A DNA stretch of 64,000 bases from an uncultured bacterium (GTDB lineage Bacteria > Hydrothermota > Hydrothermia > B15-G9 > WFZT01), in the NCBI GenBank assembly GCA_964571845.1, contig CAZNDM010000074.1, positions 4,431 to 68,430 on the forward strand, in the 5' to 3' direction. The notes under the pieces are model-generated. The model made no database searches. It was not told the DNA's origin and was given only the letters and a program-made list of their open reading frames with translations. Numbering within the stretch: the stretch's first letter is position 1; every line of letters starts with the position of its first letter. This document shows positions 1 to 9,932 of this stretch, one piece after another. The position numbers were made by a program, and so were the translations under genes.

Positions 1-1052
1 AGGTTCAGGGTAATGGTTTTGTCTATCCGAAAAACGGTTCAAATACTTTATTTTATGGTTCACTTGCCTTTGGAAATGACTCAAGCTACGTGGTTGATAA
101 CTGGTATGAGCATGGTACCGAGGATGGAGATTGGGTTTACACACAGGACCCTCTTGGCAAACTCTATTACATAACGCCTCCACAGGTTGCTAACCAGGAA
201 CTATGGGCTATGATGTCTGACAGTGGTCATCCCAATCCGCAGGGAGTCACCGTGGAACAGATTGCCTATGGGTACATGCGGGAAGGAATTAACAACTTTG
301 TAATAATTAAATACACATTTAAAAATAACGGCTCATCCACCTTGAATGACCTCTACGCCGCTCAGTTTATTGATTTCGATATTGGCCAGGATCCATCTAC
401 AAACTATGCATTTGTAGATACCTCAAGGTATACAGCATTTATGGCACCATCTACTTACAACCCTGTCGTAGGTATCACACTTCTTTATCCACGGAACAAT
501 GTGGCCAATATAAGCACAATATCCAATCCAACCTATGTTTATCCCGACACTGGAATGACAGATGCAAACGAATGGAAATTCATGTCTGGCCAGTTACATT
601 TTGGTAACCAGGCCTCCCAGAATGATTACAGTGTAGTAGTTTCCGCCGGTCCATTTTCACTGGCACCAGGAGAGGAAGATTCGGTTGTTTTTGCAATTGT
701 TGGTGGAACCTCCTTTTCCTCGTATTACGCAAACTGTGATTCTGCATACAGCGCCTACCTCGTAGGGATCAATGAATCTGTGAATATTCCAGGCATAAAA
801 ACATTTAAGATCACCCCTAATGTAATTAAATCAAAGGGTGAATTGACTTTTACAATTGATAGAAGATCAAACGTGACTATTAATCTGTTTGACGTAAGTG
901 GAAGAGTCGTGAAGCGTGTCTTCAGCGGGGCAATGGAAGGTGGCACTCACGTTTTGAAAATGGACACGAGAGGATTACCAGCTGGAATTTACTTCCTCGA
1001 ACTAAATGCAGACGGTAGAACGAAGATTGGAAAATTTATGGTTGTGAGATAG
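1..1052 (+). CDS. Secreted protein with T9SS type-A C-terminal sorting domain (5'-truncated by window edge)
   Basis: The frame is open from position 3 (VQGNGFVYPKNG...). The last ~80 aa are a typical CTD (TINLFDVSGRVVK...LPAGIYFLEL...GKFMVVR). The upstream catalytic domain, if any, lies outside the window. Confidence 0.8.
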   Translation, partial: VQGNGFVYPKNGSNTLFYGSLAFGNDSSYVVDNWYEHGTEDGDWVYTQDPLGKLYYITPPQVANQELWAMMSDSGHPNPQGVTVEQIAYGYMREGINNFVIIKYTFKNNGSSTLNDLYAAQFIDFDIGQDPSTNYAFVDTSRYTAFMAPSTYNPVVGITLLYPRNNVANISTISNPTYVYPDTGMTDANEWKFMSGQLHFGNQASQNDYSVVVSAGPFSLAPGEEDSVVFAIVGGTSFSSYYANCDSAYSAYLVGINESVNIPGIKTFKITPNVIKSKGELTFTIDRRSNVTINLFDVSGRVVKRVFSGAMEGGTHVLKMDTRGLPAGIYFLELNADGRTKIGKFMVVR

Positions 1053-1060
1053 GAAATTTT

Positions 1061-1093
1061 TGTGGGGGCGCCCGCGGAGCGGGCGCCCCCACA
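1061..1093. terminator. Perfect 15-bp GC-rich hairpin between convergent genes (putative bidirectional terminator or stabiliser)
   Basis: TGTGGGGGCGCCCGC-GGA-GCGGGCGCCCCCACA, 8 nt after the stop at 1052. No U-tract on the + strand side. Confidence 0.6.
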
Positions 1094-1110
1094 TCCCCAT
1101 CAACCCAGTT

Positions 1111-1566
1111 TTATCTGTTAACAGGAGGTAGTGCAGGTGTTTTTCCCCTGAATCTTCTTGCTTTCCTTTCCGCCATCAGTAGCCGTTTAAATCTATTCAC
1201 TCTCATTTTCCTGAGTTTCATTAATTGATCCTTCGTAAGAATTTTCCTAACACTTACCGCCATTTTTGCCTTCACAAGCCCTATCTTAGCATTAACTTCA
1301 GAGAGGTCGTTGAATAATTTCTGGAGCCTATTAAAATTCACATCTTTTTTGGTCAATTCCTCTCTTATCTGGAGCCTGACCTTATTCCGTTTTGCCCTGA
1401 GATCAATGAGGGTCTCCTCAGCTGGATACCATACATTTCTTAGCTTATAAATCTGGCTATCTGTAAGATTCAGCTTTTCCTGTATAATGGGTGAGTTAAT
1501 CATTCTTCCGATAGGTAACCCAATTCCTCCAAAGTACATCGTAAGTGCTATAAGTAGTGTGTTCAT
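1111..1566 (-). CDS. Spy/CpxP-family periplasmic protein (LTXXQ motifs)
   Basis: N-terminal signal-like segment, LNLTDSQ and LTKDQ motifs, helical body, strong SD (AGGAGGTG) upstream. Confidence 0.8.
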   Translation of the reverse strand: MNTLLIALTMYFGGIGLPIGRMINSPIIQEKLNLTDSQIYKLRNVWYPAEETLIDLRAKRNKVRLQIREELTKKDVNFNRLQKLFNDLSEVNAKIGLVKAKMAVSVRKILTKDQLMKLRKMRVNRFKRLLMAERKARRFRGKTPALPPVNR

Positions 1567-1839
1567 TGTGTCACCTCCTATCTGGTTTTATTCTTTAGAC
1601 ATCAGGATAGTCACAAAAGTTCAGTACATGATACCAAGTTGTTAGAAAAATCACTTAGAGATAAACAATTAGAGAATTTTCAACTCGCCGTCCACAATAT
1701 GAAATATCAGGGGAATTTTCCTCAATCTGAAGGGTTGTTATTGCCCGAATTTTCTATCATGGCCAGAAGATTTTTGGAACAGTCTTTATATGATGTTGAG
1801 GATGTTTTAAAAATGCCCTTGGAAAAGGGAAGAATGCAA

Positions 1840-2005
1840 TTTTTCAACCTCTTTCCCCTCAATGCTCTGCATTGCGGGGAAAGATAAAGGAAGGGACAAA
1901 TTCTCGTCCTACCCTTCATCCCCTTCCACAGAGTAGGAAGGGAAATAAAGATAATTTTTCCACAAAGTGAAAGGGAAGTAATTATCGGTAAAATATTTTT
2001 CAAAC
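1840..2005 (-). repeat. Dispersed hairpin-rich repeat, copy B
   Basis: Minus strand GTTTGAAAAATATTTTACCGATAATTACTTCCC-TTTCACTTTG matches + strand 39638-39681 at 40 of 44 positions. It is followed by two related stem-loop units ending GGGGA..(G)AGG. Confidence 0.7.
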
Positions 2006-2020
2006 ATTCTCACATGATAC

Positions 2021-2050
2021 TTGACTCGATAAAGGAGGACATGTTATAAA
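2021..2050 (+). promoter_or_regulatory. Sigma70-type promoter for tRNA-Gly/slt
   Basis: TTGACT-18 nt-TATAAA with extended TG, 13 nt before the tRNA. Confidence 0.6.
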
Positions 2051-2063
2051 TAAAAGCGTACAT

Positions 2064-2135
2064 GCGGGCGTAGCTCAGAGGAAGAGCATCAGCTTCCCAA
2101 GCTGAGGGTCGCGGGTTCGAATCCCGTCGCCCGCT
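2064..2135 (+). tRNA. tRNA-Gly (CCC), 3' CCA not encoded
   Basis: GCGGGCG/CGCCCGC acceptor stem, TAGCTCAG D-arm, TCAGC-TTCCCAA-GCTGA anticodon arm, GGTTCGAATCC T-arm, U discriminator. Confidence 0.95.
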
Positions 2136-2145
2136 TTTTATTAAA

Positions 2146-4161
2146 ATGGGCTTTTTACTTTTACTTCTCTCTATCAGTCTTACGGCGAATCTTCAGGACG
2201 CAATAGTCACAAGGGATTGGCCATCCATCTATAACCACATGTCCCTCAACAATTCTGATGAAAAGTTCTATCTCATTGTCTCACTTCTGCGCATGAGACA
2301 ATACGGCTTGTTGTATCAGTTTCTATCTATCAAAAAAAATCATCTAAAAAAACCGGAATATTTTGCTCTTCTTTATTCCAGTTACAACACGCCACTTGGT
2401 GATAGTCTGTTCAACGATTTGATAGAAACTGGATTAAATAAATATCCCGATATGGGAGATTTTCTGCTCTATCTTAGAATTAATAAAAATATAAGTTTAC
2501 AAAAAACTGGCTATGTCCTCCTGGATCTGAGGGTGATGAAACGGAAATACCCTGCAAGTACTTTCATGGAATACAGTGTTATTCTTACTCTAAGGTATCT
2601 ATATTCAAATACAGAATATCAAAAATTTCTGAAGACTTTTAATGATTACAAAAAGTATTTGAAATCTCGCTACAACCGGGCAGAAGCATACTATTATTAT
2701 CACAGAATCTTGCTTTTACAGAAGAAAAAGACTCTTGCCAAAAGAATAGCGGATCTTTTACTCACAAGATATTATAGAACCCCCTTTTCCTTTCGGGTAA
2801 TAAAAAGTGGCTCAAAAAAGTATCCATTTTACAAGGGTCTGTCGGCATTTTACAACGGACATTATAAAATTGCAATAAAGTATTTAAAAAAATCCAGTAT
2901 CCACAAAAAATTTCATTATCTAACTATTGCTTATTACAGGGCGGGGTACTACTCCAGAATTTTGAAACTCTACAGGAAGAAGCTCATTCCTGACTCTTTG
3001 AGATACTATGTAGCACTGGCGTATGAAAGGAAGAAAAAGTTCAGAAAGGCTTTGAGAGAGTTTTTATATACTGTGAGACACAGTGAACGATACAGTGGTT
3101 ATGCTGCCTATGAAATATCTTTTATCCTTGTGAATAATCCCAAAATATACCGTAAAGCTGGTGACTCATTCCCTCTAAATATCCCTAATCCAGATTATCT
3201 CCTGAGAATGGGTTTGATATATATGGTCTATGGTGAAAGAAACCGTGCAATTGCCTTTTTTGAAAAAGCTTTAAAGAGTAGAGATAGTTTCGTAAAATCC
3301 CAATCATTGTACTGGCTTTATCGCATCACCGGTATTTCTGCATACCGAGATAATCTTTTGAAAGAGCATCCTTTTTCTTATTTTGCGTGGATAACGAGAG
3401 GAGAAAAGGAAATAACAAGTGTGGATTCACTTGCTTATCCATTAATAAAAAACAACCATAATTTTCTCTCTAAAGGGTCCCAATACTGGGATAGATTCCA
3501 CATATTCACATTTCTTGGACTCAACAATTACGCCCTTAGAGAGTTAAAAAAGTGTCGAAAAGACATAAAGGAGTGTGTCGAATTTGCGTATCTTACAGGT
3601 GTGGACAATCTCACCGTGGAAATTTTCAGAAAATTTAAATCGCTTGAGAGTAAGAAAGAGAGTCTAATCTTTGGGTATCCTCTGGCTTACTGGTACTTTA
3701 TAAAGGGGGAGACTGAAAATCCTTTTCTCTTTATATCACTGCTGAGGGAAGAAAGCCATTTTAACCACATGGCAATCTCCCCCGCTGGTGCAGTGGGTAT
3801 CGCGCAGATTATGCCGTACACTGCATCTAAAATTATGGGAAGAAGGGTAAAAAAGGATGAGTTACTCGACCCGTACTTTAATATGAAACTTGGTATGAGG
3901 TATCTCAATAAATTACTTGAACGGTATAGAGGAAATGAACCGTTTGCCCTTGCCGCCTACAACGCAGGTGAAAAGCGTGTTGACAGATGGCTAAAAAAGT
4001 ACTCAAAATTCGGGATAAATGAGGACCCTTACCTTTTTGTGGAATTCATTCCGTTCCGTGAAACACGAAATTATGTGCGTAGAATTATAAAAGATTACAA
4101 ATTGTACATTAAACTGTACTCAAGGATAACGGAAAAATTACTTGACCGTCAGGCCTCGTAG
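2146..4161 (+). CDS. slt: Soluble lytic transglycosylase (Slt70-like, TPR plus SLT domain)
   Basis: C-terminal REESHF, GAVGIAQIMP, AAYNAG and ETRNYV motifs; helical TPR-like N-terminal part; signal peptide. Confidence 0.88.
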   Translation: MGFLLLLLSISLTANLQDAIVTRDWPSIYNHMSLNNSDEKFYLIVSLLRMRQYGLLYQFLSIKKNHLKKPEYFALLYSSYNTPLGDSLFNDLIETGLNKYPDMGDFLLYLRINKNISLQKTGYVLLDLRVMKRKYPASTFMEYSVILTLRYLYSNTEYQKFLKTFNDYKKYLKSRYNRAEAYYYYHRILLLQKKKTLAKRIADLLLTRYYRTPFSFRVIKSGSKKYPFYKGLSAFYNGHYKIAIKYLKKSSIHKKFHYLTIAYYRAGYYSRILKLYRKKLIPDSLRYYVALAYERKKKFRKALREFLYTVRHSERYSGYAAYEISFILVNNPKIYRKAGDSFPLNIPNPDYLLRMGLIYMVYGERNRAIAFFEKALKSRDSFVKSQSLYWLYRITGISAYRDNLLKEHPFSYFAWITRGEKEITSVDSLAYPLIKNNHNFLSKGSQYWDRFHIFTFLGLNNYALRELKKCRKDIKECVEFAYLTGVDNLTVEIFRKFKSLESKKESLIFGYPLAYWYFIKGETENPFLFISLLREESHFNHMAISPAGAVGIAQIMPYTASKIMGRRVKKDELLDPYFNMKLGMRYLNKLLERYRGNEPFALAAYNAGEKRVDRWLKKYSKFGINEDPYLFVEFIPFRETRNYVRRIIKDYKLYIKLYSRITEKLLDRQAS

Positions 4162-4170
4162 TTATACCCT
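4142..4170 (+). promoter_or_regulatory. Putative promoter for near-leaderless merR-uppP transcript
   Basis: TTGACC-17 nt-TACCCT; ATG 8 nt downstream with no SD. Confidence 0.45.
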
Positions 4171-4178
4171 TAAAAACC

Positions 4179-4535
4179 ATGCAAAGCGGTCCGCAAAAAT
4201 TATATTGGAAAATCTCAGAAGTCGCTGAGATAGTCGGGGTTAGACCTGAGCAGCTGAGGTACTGGGAAAAAGAGCATGGCCTTCTTAGACCTTTAAGAAA
4301 AGGGGGCAAGAGGAGATACACCAAAAAAGATATTCAGATCGCTTTAATGATAAAAGCCTTGCAGGATAATGGAGAGGACCTTCGAAGAATAAGTTATCAA
4401 TTGAGGCATTTAAATAACACCGAGTTTTACAATAGAGCCCTCAAGACATTTCTTAGATCTCTTCAAATTGAGATAAAAAAATTGCTCGATGATGTAAGAA
4501 AGGTGAGAAAGGAACTTGAGGAGAAGAAAGTTTGA
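4179..4535 (+). CDS. MerR-family transcriptional regulator
   Basis: ISEVAEIVGV...LRYWEKE...RRY MerR HTH. Confidence 0.88.
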   Translation: MQSGPQKLYWKISEVAEIVGVRPEQLRYWEKEHGLLRPLRKGGKRRYTKKDIQIALMIKALQDNGEDLRRISYQLRHLNNTEFYNRALKTFLRSLQIEIKKLLDDVRKVRKELEEKKV

Positions 4536-5275
4536 AATACATCATCTTAGGGGCGATACAGGGACTCACTGAATTTCTACCCATCTCATCATCTGGACAT
4601 CTGGTAATTTTCGAGCACTTCTTAAATGTACATTTTCCTGGAATCACTTTTGAAGTCTTTCTGCACATAGCGACTCTAACAGCTGTCATTATTTATTTAT
4701 GGAGAGATGTAATTGACATCTTTAATTTCAAGAAATATTCATTATGGGAACAACCTATTCTTCTGATAATTGTAGGAACAATACCTGCTGGAATAGTTGG
4801 AATACTTTTTAACGACCAGGTTGAAAATTTCTTTCAAAATATTACCTGGGTTAGATATTTCTACATCCTGAACAGTGTCATACTGTTTTCCTCGATTCTT
4901 GGCCATGGAGATCGGGATAGAATAACAATATGGGATGCTTTAATTATCGGAATCGGCCAGTCTCTCGCCATCCTTCCTGGTATTTCAAGATCAGGAACGA
5001 CTATAACTATCGCTCTACTACTGGGGATCTCACCCAGAAAGGCTTTTTCATTCTCTTTTCTTCTCTCAATTGCTGCCATTTCCGGAGCAGCTGTCTTAAA
5101 GCTCAAAGACATAGGACACCTGGCATTTTCTTATGGGTATGTTACCGGTTTCACATCTGCACTCATATTCGGGCTATTATCAATCATCATACTTAAAAAG
5201 ATTGTTCTTGTCAGGAAACTCCACTTCTTTGCATATTACACACTCGGGCTTGGAATTTTACTTTTTATAGTCTAA
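4532..5275 (+). CDS. uppP: Undecaprenyl-diphosphate phosphatase
   Basis: QGLTEFLPISSSGH and PGISRSG motifs; multi-TM; TTG start overlaps the upstream stop. Confidence 0.95.
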   Translation: MKYIILGAIQGLTEFLPISSSGHLVIFEHFLNVHFPGITFEVFLHIATLTAVIIYLWRDVIDIFNFKKYSLWEQPILLIIVGTIPAGIVGILFNDQVENFFQNITWVRYFYILNSVILFSSILGHGDRDRITIWDALIIGIGQSLAILPGISRSGTTITIALLLGISPRKAFSFSFLLSIAAISGAAVLKLKDIGHLAFSYGYVTGFTSALIFGLLSIIILKKIVLVRKLHFFAYYTLGLGILLFIV

Positions 5276-5307
5276 ATTTTTATCACTTGTGGAAAAAGCT
5301 TTGTAGC

Positions 5308-5336
5308 TTGACATTATAAATGGCCGATTTTATATT
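5308..5336 (+). promoter_or_regulatory. Sigma70-type promoter
   Basis: TTGACA-17 nt-TATATT upstream of the M23 gene. Confidence 0.6.
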
Positions 5337-5355
5337 AATGATTGGATTTTCCGCT

Positions 5356-6264
5356 ATGAAAAAAGTAAAGTATAACATAAAGATAATACCAACAGATTCA
5401 CACTCGTTTCCAAAAGAAATCAGGATAACAACAGCAAAAATTTTTACATTTTTTACCTTCATTTTCGTATCTCTTGGGCTCCTCTCATACGCCGCATATA
5501 GATACATGACATTTGAGGTGGATTATCACAAGCAGGTTAAACTCGAGAAAGAGAACCAGAAGCTGAAGAGCAGTCTGAATGAGATGAAGCAAAAAGTTGC
5601 AATGATTCAGAAGAAGCTTGATTCCATATACGAATGGGACAACAAGTTGAGAACGGTTGCCGAATTACCACTTGTTCCACCAGCGCAGAAGCAAATGGGA
5701 ATAGGTGGTAACCTTGAAATACCAAAGGACTCACTCGATAGAGAATTATTTAATATGGATACCGAGATAAACCGGATGCTAAAATACTCTGACTTTGAAC
5801 TAAGCAGTTTGAACAAAATACACAACAAACTCGCAAAGGATGAGAGACTCAGGCGTCACACACCTTCGATCTATCCCACCAGCGGCCTGCTGACATCTCC
5901 TTTTGGATTCAGGCGGGATCCATTTACAGGGAAGATCAAGCATCATGATGGTATAGATATATCTGCCCCGGTTGGAACCCCTATAGTGGCACCTGCAGAT
6001 GGAATAGTGAAAAGTGTTAGATGGGCTCGTGGTTACGGCCTTATGATCGAAATTGATCATGGATATGGAGTCACAACCAGATACGGACATTGCAGCAAAG
6101 TGGTTGTCAGGCAAGGGCAGTTCGTTAGACGGGGGCAGCTGATCGGATATGTTGGAAACACTGGACGTTCCACAGGTCCACATCTCCACTATGAAGTAAG
6201 AGTAATGGGGAGGCCCATCAATCCTATCAAATATATTATCCCCGATTCTGTCCTTTACGATTAA
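5356..6264 (+). CDS. M23-family peptidoglycan endopeptidase (TM, coiled coil, LytM)
   Basis: HDGID and STGPHLHYEV zinc motifs. Start moved to ATG 5356, downstream of the promoter. Confidence 0.9.
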   Translation: MKKVKYNIKIIPTDSHSFPKEIRITTAKIFTFFTFIFVSLGLLSYAAYRYMTFEVDYHKQVKLEKENQKLKSSLNEMKQKVAMIQKKLDSIYEWDNKLRTVAELPLVPPAQKQMGIGGNLEIPKDSLDRELFNMDTEINRMLKYSDFELSSLNKIHNKLAKDERLRRHTPSIYPTSGLLTSPFGFRRDPFTGKIKHHDGIDISAPVGTPIVAPADGIVKSVRWARGYGLMIEIDHGYGVTTRYGHCSKVVVRQGQFVRRGQLIGYVGNTGRSTGPHLHYEVRVMGRPINPIKYIIPDSVLYD

Positions 6265-6265
6265 A

Positions 6266-9043
6266 ATGTCACGCATCCTACCGTTATTACTCTCCATTTC
6301 TGTTCTTTTCTCTCAATACTATACGTTCGGCAAAAACAAAGTTCAGTATAAGAGATTTCACTGGAAAGTACTCGAAACTCGACATTTCAAAATATATAAC
6401 TATGAGGGGGAGGAAAATCTTGCACGTTTTGCTGGAGCTGTTCTTGAAAATTACTACACTAAATATTCCAAAATTCTTAGCGTAAACATTGAAGACAAGA
6501 CTCCTGTAATTATTTACCGTTGTCAAAACGATTTTGAGCAAACAAATGTTATCCTTGATCTAATAGAAGAGGGGGTTGGAGGATTTACTGAGGTATTTAA
6601 GAATCGCGTTGTGGTACCTTTCACTGGCTCCTACGATGAATTTCGTCACGTACTTGCTCACGAGCTTGTTCACGTTTTCCAGTACAACATACTGTTTAAA
6701 GGTTTTAAAAGCCCCTTATCAACTGCCTCCTCCCTGAGAATGCCACTATGGGTTATGGAGGGTATGGCAGAATATCTCTCACAGGGGTGGGACAAAGAGG
6801 CTGATATTTATATAAAAGACCTCGTTATTAACGATAAAATCCTCACAATCGAAAAACTTAGCAACGTTTATGGATACATAGATTACAAAGAAGGACAGGC
6901 AATTTATCGATTTATTGACGAAATGTTCGGACGCAAAAAAATTGGACAATTTTTTCACTCAATTAAATTCAACGGGAGCCTGGAGAGTTCAATTAAAAAG
7001 ACATTTAACATGCCACTTAAAGAATTTGACCGCCAGTTTATTCTGTACTTAAAAAAATTATATTATCCACAGGTAAAAAAGGTTGATATTCCATGGCCTG
7101 GTAAAAGACTCACAAATCATGAGGAAGAAGGTAGCTATTTCAATATTGCATCTACAATCTCCCCTGATGGAAGTTTGGTGGCAGCGGTTTCAGACAAGGG
7201 GGGATATTCGAGTATCTATCTCTATTCAGTTGCTACAGGTAAAAGGATAAAAAAACTGATCACTGCAGAAAAGACACCCTCTCTTGAAAACATTCATCTG
7301 CTTAAACCTGGTCTTGACTTCTCCCCCGATGGTAAAAAGATAGTATTTTCCGCAAGATCTGCTAAAGGCGATGTTATACATATACTGGACGTCAGAAGAA
7401 AAAAGATTATAAAAACGATTAGACCAGGACTTGACGCAATTTATAAACCCAAATGGTCTACAGATGGTAAGAAAATTGTATTTACAGGATTGAAAGATGG
7501 CAAATCAGATATTTACATTTATAGTCTTTCATCCGGGAAATTACATCAGTTAACTGATGATTATTTCGATGATCATGATCCAGATTTCTTTGACAATGGT
7601 ATTGTATTTGTCTCAGACAGAAATGATAGTTCTACCGATAGCATCAGATATTATGGAAGCTACGCTGTTTTTATTTACAAAAACGGCCAAATCAAGCGGA
7701 TAACACCATATCTGGGGCATATATCAGATCCCCACTTTATAAATGATTCTTCACTCACATTTGTGGTAAATTACAAAAATTCGTTTAATCTTGTGTTATA
7801 CAACATTATGAGACACAATTTTTATCTTGTTACAAACTATGTTACAGGTATAAAAACACCTGATTGGACAAGGGACAACGATAAACTTGTCTTATCACTA
7901 CTCTGGGATGGTGGCTGGGATATTTATGTATTGAGAAATCCTTTGGACTCTTTAAAAGAGGTTAATCTCGTTTCAGTACCATTCAAGAAACTGGATTTAA
8001 AAGAGGTGAATGAAGCTGAAGAGGAGAATTACAAGGTGTATTTCACAGCTGACTGGGTTACCGGGACTGTCCAGTATTCCTCCGTATTTGGATTCGCTGG
8101 CATGTTTGCTATCTCTGTCTCTGATGAGCTCGGTGACAACAGATTCGTCTTCTACTCTGATCTTACAAAAGATATATCCAATTCTGATTTTGAACTTGAC
8201 TATTTATATTTACCGAGGAGAACAGATCTCGGTCTCTCATTTTACCAGTACTGGAGTTATTACATAGTTTCAAATTACGAATTTTATATTTACAAAACTA
8301 ACGGATTGGCGGCCCAGGTCTGGTATCCACTGGATAAATTTAAGAGATTTGAATTCGGGCTCGGTGTCGAAAGAATATACTACTATCATTATCTATATCC
8401 ATACGAGTATCCTATCAATTCAGGGAGTATATGGCCAGCCTATGCAAGCGCAGGCTTCACTTTTGATAATGTACTATACACATATCTTGGTCCATTATCT
8501 GGCACAAGATATCACCTTGAATACGATAAAGTTTTCCACAAAACAGCCGGTTACCAGACTGCATTTTTTGATTTCAGACATTATATAAGATTAACCAGGA
8601 GATCTGCATTGGCGACAAGATTGATTTATGGGACATCCTCCGGTCAGAATCCCCAGTATTTCTACCTTGGTGGTCCTGGGACTTTAAGAGGGTATGATTA
8701 CTATAGTTTTGGTGGAACCAATGTTTTTCTCACAAATATCGAGTTAAGAGTTCCATTTATAGATATCCTCAAGATGGCGTTCCCTCTCCCCATTGAAATA
8801 GACATGATCAGGGGGGCACTTTTCCTTGATATGGGAGCAACATGGGATAAAAATAGTGATTTTAAACCCTTCACAAGCGATTCATACGGCTTTAAACTAA
8901 ACGACCTGAAGGCAGATGTAGGATTTAGTATCAGACTTAATCTTGGAATAGGAATTTTGATGTATAATGTTGCAAGACCCACAGACTTTAGGGAATTCAC
9001 AGGTGGGTGGCTTCAGACAATAAGCATAGGAGAAGAATTCTAA
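6266..9043 (+). CDS. Omp85/BamA-family protein with N-terminal gluzincin-like domain and PD40/TolB-like propeller
   Basis: HELVH plus EGMAEY zinc motifs, SPDG/FSPDG PD40 repeats, C-terminal LGGPGTLRGY and IELRVP barrel motifs, terminal Phe. Confidence 0.85.
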   Translation: MSRILPLLLSISVLFSQYYTFGKNKVQYKRFHWKVLETRHFKIYNYEGEENLARFAGAVLENYYTKYSKILSVNIEDKTPVIIYRCQNDFEQTNVILDLIEEGVGGFTEVFKNRVVVPFTGSYDEFRHVLAHELVHVFQYNILFKGFKSPLSTASSLRMPLWVMEGMAEYLSQGWDKEADIYIKDLVINDKILTIEKLSNVYGYIDYKEGQAIYRFIDEMFGRKKIGQFFHSIKFNGSLESSIKKTFNMPLKEFDRQFILYLKKLYYPQVKKVDIPWPGKRLTNHEEEGSYFNIASTISPDGSLVAAVSDKGGYSSIYLYSVATGKRIKKLITAEKTPSLENIHLLKPGLDFSPDGKKIVFSARSAKGDVIHILDVRRKKIIKTIRPGLDAIYKPKWSTDGKKIVFTGLKDGKSDIYIYSLSSGKLHQLTDDYFDDHDPDFFDNGIVFVSDRNDSSTDSIRYYGSYAVFIYKNGQIKRITPYLGHISDPHFINDSSLTFVVNYKNSFNLVLYNIMRHNFYLVTNYVTGIKTPDWTRDNDKLVLSLLWDGGWDIYVLRNPLDSLKEVNLVSVPFKKLDLKEVNEAEEENYKVYFTADWVTGTVQYSSVFGFAGMFAISVSDELGDNRFVFYSDLTKDISNSDFELDYLYLPRRTDLGLSFYQYWSYYIVSNYEFYIYKTNGLAAQVWYPLDKFKRFEFGLGVERIYYYHYLYPYEYPINSGSIWPAYASAGFTFDNVLYTYLGPLSGTRYHLEYDKVFHKTAGYQTAFFDFRHYIRLTRRSALATRLIYGTSSGQNPQYFYLGGPGTLRGYDYYSFGGTNVFLTNIELRVPFIDILKMAFPLPIEIDMIRGALFLDMGATWDKNSDFKPFTSDSYGFKLNDLKADVGFSIRLNLGIGILMYNVARPTDFREFTGGWLQTISIGEEF

Positions 9044-9057
9044 AAAGGAGAAAAGTT

Positions 9058-9405
9058 ATGAGAAAGTTGTTGTTCACCATATTATTTGCCCTGCCACTCA
9101 TGGCCCAGCAGCAGGCAGGTGGGGATATTTTCAAGGCTCTTCTACCATTGATTTTCATTTTCGTCATCTTTTACCTTCTGCTTATTTACCCCCAATCCAG
9201 AGCCGAAAAGAAGAGAAAAGCCATGCTTAATTCTTTGAAAAAAGGTGATAGAGTTATAACAACCGGAGGAATCATTGGAACCATCCAGAAAATTGATGAG
9301 AATATTGTCACATTAAAAGTCAGCCAGAATACTGTTTTAAAAATTGAGAAATCGGCAATTCGCGCCATTCTGAGATCAGAATCTGAAGAACAACAGCAGA
9401 AATGA
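9058..9405 (+). CDS. yajC: Preprotein translocase subunit YajC
   Basis: FYLLLIYPQ...LKKGDRVITTGGIIG; AAGGAG SD before ATG 9058. Confidence 0.93.
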   Translation: MRKLLFTILFALPLMAQQQAGGDIFKALLPLIFIFVIFYLLLIYPQSRAEKKRKAMLNSLKKGDRVITTGGIIGTIQKIDENIVTLKVSQNTVLKIEKSAIRAILRSESEEQQQK

Positions 9406-9932
9406 AGGAGAAAAAAGACGTCCTCCCCATAAGAATACTCGGGGATAAGGTTTTACGAGAGAAAGCCAGACCAATTGAAGATCTTACGGATGAGATCATA
9501 GAACTTGCCAGAAAAATGGAAGCGACCATGAAAATGGCTAATGGTATAGGACTCGCTGCGCCACAGGTAGGTAAATCCATCCGTCTTTTTGTTGTTGACA
9601 CAGAATACCTTGAAATCAGCAAGAAACCCATGATCTTTGTCAATCCTGTTATCGTTGAAAAAGATGGTGAAAGTGAGTTTGAAGAAGGGTGTCTCTCCAT
9701 CCCGGGATTGTACGCGGATGTCATTCGCCCAAAAAAAATTGTTGTTAAAACACTAATATTGAGGAGAAAAAAACTCGTTGAGCGGGAGCTGGAAGCTGAT
9801 GAGCTTTTCGCCAGAGTTATCCAGCACGAGATTGATCACCTTGATGGTATTTTATTCATTGACCATCTCCCTCCCGAAAAGAGGGCTGAACTCTTAAGAG
9901 AATGGACCAGAAAACGTCACTCAATGGGTTAA
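9402..9932 (+). CDS. def: Peptide deformylase
   Basis: GIGLAAPQVG, EGCLSIP and QHEIDHLDG motifs. Confidence 0.97.
   Translation: MKEKKDVLPIRILGDKVLREKARPIEDLTDEIIELARKMEATMKMANGIGLAAPQVGKSIRLFVVDTEYLEISKKPMIFVNPVIVEKDGESEFEEGCLSIPGLYADVIRPKKIVVKTLILRRKKLVERELEADELFARVIQHEIDHLDGILFIDHLPPEKRAELLREWTRKRHSMG

Noticed and set aside
1639-2003. ORFs 1639..1887 (+) and 1722..2003 (-)
   Set aside because: Neither has a recognisable motif or SD, and both run through the repeat element, so they are probably chance ORFs.
2064-2135. tRNA as an island integration site
   Set aside because: There is no integrase and I saw no duplicated tRNA 3' end in the window. Downstream genes are housekeeping.
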